DNA from: Eledone cirrhosa
Lineage: Eukaryota
Assembly: GCA_964016885.1 (NCBI GenBank)
Contig: OZ024748.1
Coordinates: forward strand, 51,274,001 to 51,338,000
Direction of reading: 5' to 3'
Length of the DNA: 64,000 bases
The translations under genes and the position numbers were made by a program. The notes below the pieces were generated by a model. The model saw only the letters and a list, made by a program, of their open reading frames with translations, was not told the origin of the DNA and searched no databases. This document shows positions 54,623-64,000 of this stretch, one piece after another. Position 1 is the stretch's first letter. Every line of letters begins with the position of its first letter.

Positions 54623-54902
54623 ATACACAACCATACATATATACAAGATGGTCAACTGAAATGTTCATAGGCTGCACAAAATACTTTCATAGAATACTCA
54701 AATATCCTGGAAAGAAACAATGCATTTACTGATAAAAAGAGGTGAAATTAAGGCCTGCAAGATTTCACAGCTCTAGCATCAAACCTTCATAATTAGCCTC
54801 TTATCTTTTCAGCGCACCTTGCACACAAAATGTATTTTCTTCAATAAGATCACTTTCCAATTATGGTTTCAAACTGTATATTTGTCTCCCTGTAAATAGT
54901 TA

Positions 54903-55256
54903 TTAACCCTTTAGCATTTACATTATTCTATATATACTATTGTATTTTCATGGTAAAGGCTTTACCTCACATAATATATCACATAACATTTACATTACTC
55001 TATATATACTATTGTATTTTCATGGTAAAGGCTTTACCTCACATAATATATCATATAACATTTACATTACTCTATATATACTATTGTATTTTCACAGTAA
55101 AGGCTTTATATTACATAATTATCTCATGTAATATTGAATCTACAAGATTTTGATGTTATTTATTTTGAGAATAATACTTGAATGTAGATATGAGTGGCCA
55201 GAAAGAGGTGAGCGAATTCTGGCCGGATACGGCTGGTTATAATGCTAAAGGGTTAA
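54903..55256. mobile_element. piggyBac-like MITE with internal ~72-bp triplication
   Basis: TTAA-ccctttagcatt / aatgctaaaggg-TTAA terminal inverted repeats. Confidence 0.8.
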
Positions 55257-56336
55257 AGAAGGAAGTGAATTAGCAGGGTCATTAGAACATCAGATAGAAT
55301 ACTTTGCTGTATTTGTGCTGTCTCTCTGCTCTCTGATTTCAAATCCTGCCATCCTTTTCAGATTTATAAAAACAGTACCAGCTTCACTTTCATTCTCTCA
55401 CTCTCTACCTTTCTATGAAGGAAATCTGCTGTGTTGAGATGAGACCCGGAGAGTGATGGGCTCTGTTAGGCTTCAAATGCCCAAGAAATGTTGTATGCCA
55501 CTATGGCAGCCCTACTACTCCATTAGCAGTTTTGGGACCATACCATATAAAATAGTTATTTCTACAAAGATTCTTATCCATTCAATACTGTATCTCATTT
55601 GTACATATATGCTGAACATTTATGTAATTATATCCTAGATATATATTATTAATGTATCATTTGTATATTTATTCACTTCCTTATGTCAGTACTCAACATA
55701 AACTATAAGGTTTCTCTTCTACAAACCTTTAATTTCTGAAAACGCAAGTTTACCAGTTTGCTATCAAGAGTATTCCTAGATCTGGTAATCCTAGTCTACA
55801 TGCCATACCAATACTGGACTCCAAAACCTGAACATATTTAATTTAGTCCACTAGTGTATATATATCATCATCATCATCTATTGTACATTTTCCATGCTTG
55901 CATGGGTTAGACAAGTCAGGTTAGGAGACCAAGTCTTGTTAATAAAGACCTGCATTTTGGCTTGATTTCTACAGTTGAATACCCTTCCTAACACTAACCA
56001 CATTAAACACACACACACACACACACACACACCTAAAGACTACTAAAACTCTGTAGTTGCTTGCTTGCTTGTCTGCAATGTAATACAGCCAAAAGGGTGC
56101 ATGATGGGAAAATACTTTGAGAGGATCACATTGCACAATATGTCCTTTCCTGATTTAAAGTGGCAGATTGTGATTTGAGGGAGATTTGGCTAGTGTTTCT
56201 AGTAGGGTCTGTCATTGTTTTGAGTGGGTTTCTTTTAATTTCAGACAAATGAAAAGTAGATTATAGAAAGATATAATTTCAGATAATTGATTATCTAACA
56301 ATCTACAGAGAAGTGTGTATGATGAACACATTACAA

Positions 56337-56524
56337 ATAATTGTTTCTACTTTAGGCACAAGGCCAGCAATTACCCAGTGCATTACTGGTACTTTATTAT
56401 ATCGACCCCGTAAGGATGAAAGGCAAAGTCAACCTCGGCGGGATTTGAACTCAGATCGTAAAGGAACGTAACTATGCTGGAAAGCATGGCGTCCGACCCT
56501 CTACCGATACTGCCAATCCACCGC
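56337..56524 (-). mobile_element. Meta/MESC-like SINE, full length
   Basis: Matches 54001-54189. Confidence 0.88.
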
Positions 56525-56654
56525 AATTTAAAGGGAACATAGTGACATGTGTGTTGGACTTGGGGTGTAGCATTAGAAAGTGCTTCATTTTAGAGAAACA
56601 GTTTTATGTGTAATGAATATGTAATATTAATGTATGTAATATTTAGTATGAACA

Positions 56655-56780
56655 TGTGTTGTGTATGGATGAGATCACTGGGTGAAGAAGTGCCAAGTAG
56701 TCCCAGTGGAAGGAAGCTGCAGTAGAGGAAGACCAAGGAAGATCTGGAAGGAAATAGTGAGAGGTAGCCTCAGATCAATC
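56655..56780 (+). mobile_element. RTE LINE C-terminal fragment
   Basis: VKKCQVVPVEGSCSRGRPRKIWKEIVR. Confidence 0.65.
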
Positions 56781-57748
56781 TGGTTTTGTCCAGTGCCTTT
56801 CGGGAGCTCTTGAAGGCTCCATTTACCATTATAAAGAGACTAGTAATAGAAGACGAATTTGAACTCAGAGCCTAATGTATCAGAACAGATATCACTAGAC
56901 ACCTTGTTTCTCCTCACCGCAAGCAGATAAATCTTTCATCTTTTATCTTGTCTGACAATTTTGCCAATCTACCCCCATGAATTTAGTTTGTTATTTATGG
57001 ATCCTAAAAGTATGATATGCAAAATTGACCTCATAAGATTTTAACCAAAACAGTTAAAAATAGAACACATAAAGCAAGGCCTTCTATCTATTACTCGAAT
57101 GGCTTCTAATTCACTTCCTTTAGTGTCCCACAGAAAATAAAAGCAGAAGTTGACTTCAGTGTGGCTTGAACTCAGAATGTAAGTGAACATAACTAAATTC
57201 CACAATGCACTTTATCTAATTCCTTGAATCATATTAAAAATATAAATGGATTAAGACATGAAAATATTAAAGAATACGAAGCCATACAAAATAATCTATT
57301 AAAAAAGAATGATTGATGTTGTCTATTTTTCATAAAAAAATGAATTGTTACAGAAATAAGACAAATGAACAGATAAAGTGATATAAGATATAAATAACAA
57401 CAAAATGACAACAACAAATAACAAAAATAACATTAGTAATAATAACAACAACAGCAGCAATGATAGAAGCAACAACAACAACAGCAGCAGCAGCAGCAGC
57501 AATGATAGAAGCAACAACAACAAAGATGATAATAATAATAATGCGTTGTCTCAAACATTTGCTATTACTCATGGTCAGTTAAGAAGGTGACATGAGTATT
57601 ACGCACTCCCTGAAATATTTGTGAAATATTGGAAAATTGTTTGTGTTATTGCAACTATTGCGCTTGTGAATTTCAAATGCATAAATACCATTATATGTGT
57701 GTGTTTGTTTGAGTGATTATTTTAAACAAAAAAATTAATTTTGCATAA

Positions 57749-57796
<48 letters not shown>

Positions 57797-57802
57797 ATAT
57801 AT

Positions 57803-57950
57803 CTAAGGCGGGTAAAATTCCCGAGATCCATGGACTAGTTCTCTCCAGCGGTCTCTGTCCCTCATTATCGCTGCCATGTCCTGCGTCTCCAACAGACCAG
57901 TGTCTGTCCTTAGGGCATCAACATACGTTAACCTTGGGGTCTTCCTCTTC
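57803..57950 (-). mobile_element. RTE-like LINE 3' end (family of 51095-51240)
   Basis: Near-identical to 51100-51238; 3' end abuts (TA)n. Confidence 0.8.
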
Positions 57951-58307
57951 TAGTGTATATACTTACTCACACATACATAACATAAGTAAAATAAGAGGCT
58001 CGATCATGAGCTTGGCAATTTCGGCTGGTTTCTTCTAACCACATATATCATCATCATCATCAATTAACGTCCATCTTCCACACTAGCAAGGGTTAGACGG
58101 GTCCCATTTAGAGGCAATTTGGGTTGGGTGACTGCGTCTTGCTAATATAGGAATATTTCTGGGCGGTTTTCTATGGCTGGATGCCATTCCTAACACCAAA
58201 TATATATATATATACATATATATATGTGAGTCCAGGGTTCAATCGGGTGTAAGGTGCTCAATACATTATTAGAGTGTAAACAACAAGGAAATCATCACGA
58301 AATCATC

Positions 58308-58569
58308 GGGTGATGTGTTGTTTCCTTGAGCAAGACACTTTATTTCACATTGCTCCTGTTTACTCAGCTGTAGAAATGAGATGATAGGGACTGGGGTCCC
58401 TATCATTCCACTGCAAAGTGGTCGTGGAGGCGCCACAGAAAAAAAGAACCCAGCACTCACTGTAAATGAGGTTGGTGTTAGGAAGGGCATCCAGCTGTAG
58501 AAGTCAAGCCAGAATCAGTTCCCATCCCACCCTTGCAAGCAGGGAAAAGCAGACATAAAAATGATGATG
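58308..58569 (+). mobile_element. CORE-type SINE with RTE tail, 5'-truncated, nested in a pLTR fold-back
   Basis: Flanks 58228-58305 and 58567-58610 match the two arms of 49580-49765. Confidence 0.85.
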
Positions 58570-58654
58570 AAACAGTTCTAATCATGTAGAAGCCATTTCT
58601 ATATTAAATTTCTGATATATATATATATATATTTACATACACATATATATATAT

Positions 58655-58862
58655 ATAAGGTTGACCTTGGTTGTTAGTTTGCTCTTTATATATCAATCTC
58701 TATGTATTGGATTGCTAAGTCCTAAAGTGCTAAGCATTGAGTTTGAACAAAGCATTGAGTTTGAACAAGGCTGCAAAATAAACTCAATGCTTAGCACTTT
58801 AGGACTTAGCAATCCAATACATAGAGATTGATATATAAAGAGCAAACCAAGGTCAACCTTAT
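58655..58862. repeat. Long inverted repeat with 67-bp perfect core
   Basis: 58678-58744 is the exact reverse complement of 58780-58846; outer arms ataaggttgaccttgg / ccaaggtcaaccttat. Confidence 0.9.
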
Positions 58863-59007
58863 TGACTAAATCTGTTGAACTTGATTCCATAGAATGGCTG
58901 CAATTCACAGATTAAAGTCCCTGTAGAATTGTATTTTCTGTGGTGTGTTACTGGATAGTTTAGGCTAGTATTTGTTTGATTGGTAAGATGGTGTAAGTAT
59001 ATTTATT

Positions 59008-59136
59008 GAGGGTGGACCAAAAGTCATTATATATAGGAAAAATATTTATCTTTTTATAAGAAACAATCTAATAAATATGAAAACTTAAAAATGTAATTAT
59101 TTTCCCAATGTATTGTGATTTTTGGTCCACCCTGTA
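59008..59136. mobile_element. Tc1/mariner-like MITE
   Basis: TIRs agggtggaccaaaagtca / tgatttttggtccaccctg followed by TA. Confidence 0.6.
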
Positions 59137-59365
59137 TTTGTCACAAAAGCTCTAACCAACATGTAGGATCAATCCATATTTATGTTTCAAACAGCAACTT
59201 GATAATGAAGATATTAGTTATAGTACAAATATTACTATATCCCTCCAAATTCTTGTTTATTATTATCGAAATTATTTCAAAACAATAGACAGTGTCTTTC
59301 TTTAGGAATACAGCAATGAAATGTTTAAAATTATACTGGCTGCCGCAATATACTCTGATGTCTGT

Positions 59366-59678
59366 CAGGGCCCATTTTAGACCTTGGGGTGGCCTAGGGC
59401 ACTTCAAGTTTGGGGGTGAGGGTCCCTCATATACGAAAAATTAGAATACACAGCAAACCCCAATTTTATATATCAAAGTCAGCTTGGTGTAAGTAAATGG
59501 AATTGGAAAGTTATACATACATGTATTAAATTCAAACAATCTAACAATCCTAAAACTAAAAAGCCCAGCAGAGGACACAAATAAATTGCTACAGCCATCG
59601 CTGGGGGACCCCCACACACCACACACTGCAGGGGCCCGTGGTAATTGCCCCCTTTGTACCCTACTAAATCCAGCCCTG
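59366..59678. mobile_element. hAT-like MITE
   Basis: TIRs cagggcccattttag / ctaaatccagccctg; degenerate 8-bp TSD atgtctgt / atgacagt. Confidence 0.65.
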
Positions 59679-60555
59679 ATGACAGTGAATGTTGGAATAG
59701 TGGGTGAAAGTGACAAAGAAGGCTATCAAAGTTTCAAGATAAAAACAGGAGGTAGGAGATAAGTTAATTGCAACGAATGAAAGTTATTCAGAATGGGGTG
59801 TTGATATTTAGAAAAGATGGTCTTTGAAAGCAATATTTATATCAAAATATATTAAAATTAGAAATGATTTTACTATATTATTAACCTTTTTGGATTGATC
59901 CAACATGTTAGTTAGATTTTCTGTGACAAATATAAATATACTTACATTATTATCATTACATTTTTAGATATTGTTCTTAATGGTATATCTTAGTAATAAT
60001 TCGATTTTGATGTGGATAATTCCTGTCCATATTTATAGTCTCTAGAAATGGGAAAGCTAATGATGGCTTGTATCACTATAAATCCAATTGGAATTAAAAA
60101 CTGAAAGATTTATGATGCTGAATGTCATTATAGCATAGAAGAATATTTTCTTATTGTACTAAAACTAGACATAAATTCTAAGGTTTTTCACAAATAGATA
60201 CAATATCTTCACAAATTAAATGATTTACACACAATATTGCAATAAAATTAAATATACACACAAAATAATATTTATATCCAGTATAGTTAGGTATGAGGCT
60301 ACATATTTTGGGAGAAAATTACAGGCAATTATATTAGCTTCACACTTCTTTGGTAATTGATATCGAACTTGGAATAATGAGTGGCAAAGTTGTGATGAAA
60401 CCTGAAAATATAACGAAACATAATCCATTTCTCACACATGTTTTACTCACAAACTCATTGATTTGGAATCGTTCAAGCTGAAGTTCATCTGAATAAATTT
60501 GAAGACTTTTGAAAGAAGACCTGTAGGGCAGTGATTAACCCATGATGATATATAT

Positions 60556-60901
60556 CATCATCATCATCATCATTTCATTTTACGTCCACTTTTCCCTGCT
60601 TGCAAGGGTGGGACGGGAACTGATTCTGGCTTGATTTCTACAGCTGGATGCCCTTCCTAACACCAACCTCATTTACAGTGAGTGCTGGGTGCTTTTTTTG
60701 CCGTGGCACCTCCACGACCACTTTGCAGTGGAATGATAGGGACTCAAGTCCATATCAACTCATTTCTACAGCTGAGTAAACTGGAGCAATGTGAAATAAA
60801 GTGTCTTGCTCAAGGAAACAACACATCACCCGGTCTGAGAATTGAACTCACAACCTTTCGATTGCAAGGCCAATGCTCTAACCACTAAGCCATGTGCCTC
60901 C
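60556..60901 (-). mobile_element. CORE-type tRNA SINE with RTE tail, full length
   Basis: Reverse complement of 49822-50166; followed by ~145 bp of pure (TA)n. Confidence 0.9.
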
Positions 60902-60902
60902 A

Positions 60903-61058
<156 letters not shown>

Positions 61059-61502
61059 TATATGCATACATACATCCACAGAAGATGATTTGCAAATAAA
61101 TAAATCCACCAAGAAAAAGAAGAAAGAGGGTGGAGGAGGAAAATGATATATATGACCGTTGTTAATTTTCTTTTTTTTATTTGAGTGTGTGTGTCTATGT
61201 GCATTGTCGATGCATATGAGAGTGAATGTTTGTGAATGCATGTATGTGTGTGTGTGTGTACGTGCTTTGTTAGTATGTATAGGAGTGATGTTCATTTAGT
61301 TGTAGCCCAGGCCTGGGTGAGCAAAGCTATAACCAGTGACTTTCCAGCCATGACCCTCCCAATTTATAATCCAGCATTGTACACTCTACACAACATTATC
61401 TGATATGTTTTTCCTTCTCTAAAGAGAGAAAGTTTCAATAGGATGGAGATTATTTAGTATTTCATGCAGGCCAACAAACACGACATTTAGAGGTTACATA
61501 AA

Positions 61503-61627
61503 ATAATTGTTTCTACTTTTTGGCACAAAGCCAGCAATTACTCAGTACATTACTGGTACTTTATTTTATCGACCCTGTAAGGATGAAAGGCAAAGTTAAC
61601 CTCGGCAGGATTTGAACTCAGATCATA
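61503..61627 (-). mobile_element. Meta/MESC-like SINE fragment
   Basis: Core and B-box. Confidence 0.8.
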
Positions 61628-61803
61628 ATAATAAAGATATAACAGAAGACCTCAGGTGTCCTCGGTCCTTAACCTGCCATTTTCCACTGCAAAATCAGGA
61701 AAACCGCAACCCATCTGAGGAAGGAAATCTGGACATAGGTTAGCTCTTGCTGGCGAGTCTCTGTGGCAATGTCTTTGTTTTTTTTTTGTCTGTAGGACAC
61801 AGT

Positions 61804-62026
61804 TTAACCCTTTAGTATTTACAATACTCTATATTTATTATTATAGTTTCATGCTAAAGGCTTTACCTCACATAATTATTTCATATAATATCGAATCTAT
61901 GAGATTTTGATATTATTTATTTTGAAAACAATACCTCAATATGAGTGGCCGGTTACAGCTGGTTTGAACAGAAAGAGGTGAGAGAATTCTGGCCGGATAT
62001 AGCTGGTTTGAATGCTAAAGGGTTAA
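61804..62026. mobile_element. piggyBac-like MITE
   Basis: TTAA-ccctttagtatt / aatgctaaaggg-TTAA. Confidence 0.8.
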
Positions 62027-63037
62027 ATATACTCCTCAGAAAAGGGTGTAAAATCTGTCCCTCCATTCCATTTTCACTTGTTTTTGTTTCTTAATCTCTT
62101 TTTATTTTTTGTTTATTTTTCTTCCTTTGCTTCTCTTTCTTTCTCATTTCCTTATTGGCATTTATAATGTACAGTTTTTCTGCCATTTTTTCTTTGGTTT
62201 ATAAACTTATTGCATCTTAAATTGAAATCAACATTTCAACTTGGGTTTGAACTTATATTTCTGCTACACTACAGTGTTTAAACATAGAATTCTACGAGAA
62301 TTAAACAAAAAACATAAATATTAGTAAATAAATATACAGTTAAACCCCACCCCAAAAATAATTAAGCAGCAAAAAACATCAAGAATATCAAAGCATAATT
62401 TTATACTTTAATTCTCATTCTTATCTCCCAAGTCACTTACAAACATATACATACATATATATATATACACACACATACACATATACACATACACACACAC
62501 CCATATATATATAATACACACATACATGTGTATATAATACACACATACACTCACATATACATATGCATGCTAATATTTTTTTGTTCTTATTTCTTTTGTA
62601 ATTTCACGAGGTGGAACATTCCAGATGGCCAACGATGACGGAGGTGGTTTTTTTTTCTTTATTTTATTTTGGTAAGGTATTTAAGAGGTGGCTACCATGT
62701 CAGTTGTCTTAAGTTACATTCATCTAAATTATGATAAATTGCCAATAGCAAGCTAATTGCTTTCCAATAGTGCTGCACCAATAGACAATCTGCACATTTA
62801 TGGGGAAATAATTACAACACATTATCCTCTTCTTGAAACTAAGATTTGACACAAAACTGTCAAATATGTTATTTTATTATTCTAAAAATTGCAGTCAACT
62901 GCGTCAAAATACATTCTACCATAGCCATTTCTCGCTCATGCATGAAATTAGCTTAAAATAAAAATTACAAAAAAAAAACAAAAAAAACACACATACACAC
63001 ACACCCACCCTCAGACACACATAACAAAATGATGATG

Positions 63038-63079
<42 letters not shown>

Positions 63080-63789
63080 GTTGTAGTTGTAAAAATAATA
63101 ATTATAATAAAAATTAAGCATAATTTCAATTCTGATTTATAATAATATTGTTGTTTTCTTTGGTATTTCTTTTTGGTTTGTTTGTTTTTATTTGTTTTAA
63201 TTTTTTTCTCTACAAATGGTAAAAGAAAAAGGAAAAAAAGTGAAATAGAAAATATTATTGAAGCATGTACTTAGAGTGGTAATTAAATGCTGTGGCTGAT
63301 TGGTTAAGATGCAAGACTATTGACATGAAGGACAAAAGTTCAAATCCATCTACTAGCTTAGTGTTGTAACTTAAAATCAGCACTCCATACTCTCCTGTTA
63401 ATATCTCTATTACACTCACACTCACATATTTATTTATGTGTGTGTTTGTATATATATATATTTGTCTCTTCTCGCTTACGCCACTGGGCAGCATTTGGGT
63501 TATACCAGATGTCGTGACCCTGGGTGGATCAGCAGTACCGATGACCCTGACGTTATGTGTCATTCGTTTGTATGCTTATGTTTTAAAAATAATTTTTTAA
63601 GGTTTCCCCTTGTTTCCATTGCCTTGTTTCCATTTGTTAATTTTTAAAGTTTATATATATATACATATATATATATATGTACTCACACACATTATATATA
63701 TATACATACATTTGTGTGTGTATGGGGAGGGGGGGGGTGATTGAAGTAATGTGCTTTGACTTTCTAACTCTTTGTGGAGTTATGAAGCT

Positions 63790-64000
63790 TTATCAGTATA
63801 TTCCATCTTTCAACTCTGCCCAACTGACACCTCTTGAATCCATTCACATAGGATCAGGATCTATCTAGAGTCTTCCATTTGATATGGAAATTCATGTGAC
63901 TGTCATTAAGGGTCCAGATCATGTCGATTGTAAGTATGTGCTTGATCATATTTCTGGATATTTGATGGTTTATTGTGGCATAGGAAGCAATTTTTAAATT
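63790..64000 (-). pseudogene. Degenerate Penelope-like GIY-YIG endonuclease fragment
   Basis: Manual translation across a frameshift: FKNCFLCHNKPSNIQKYDQ / IWTLNDSHMNFHIKWKTLDRS*SYVNGFKRCQLGRVERWNIL, resembling FK.R...H......KY...IW.LK....F.I.W......Y......RC.LC..EK..I. Confidence 0.55.

Noticed and set aside
61705-61750. CTGAGGA aggaaatct ggacataggtt as a hammerhead or HDV-like ribozyme
   Set aside because: No GAAA after stem II and no stem I pairing; could not build a fold

Overview
Repeat-dominated, AT-rich eukaryotic DNA. The SINE/LINE repertoire and extreme (TA)n/(CA)n/(GGT)n content suggest an octopod cephalopod intron or intergenic region (inference). I can support no intact host protein-coding gene, and almost all listed ORFs are microsatellite artefacts. 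Recognisable parts are 5'-truncated RTE-clade LINEs (with a PHD finger inside ORF2), a Dong/R4 LINE 3' end, two tRNA-derived SINE families (a Meta/MESC-like one, and a CORE-type one sharing the RTE 3' tail), piggyBac-, hAT- and Tc1/mariner-like MITEs, and minisatellites. The main hidden signal is a set of short unique islands inside the (TA)n tracts. About ten different islands fold into intact or degenerate minimal type I hammerhead ribozymes (stem I, CUGANGA, stem II, GAAA, often palindromic stem III, NUH). Many sit in long fold-back palindromes whose junction falls at or in the ribozyme. Two Penelope-type GIY-YIG endonuclease remnants absent from the ORF track (41883-42086 +, 63790-64000 -) tie this to Penelope-like retroelements. 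All ribozyme calls are by-eye folds and need computational and biochemical confirmation.
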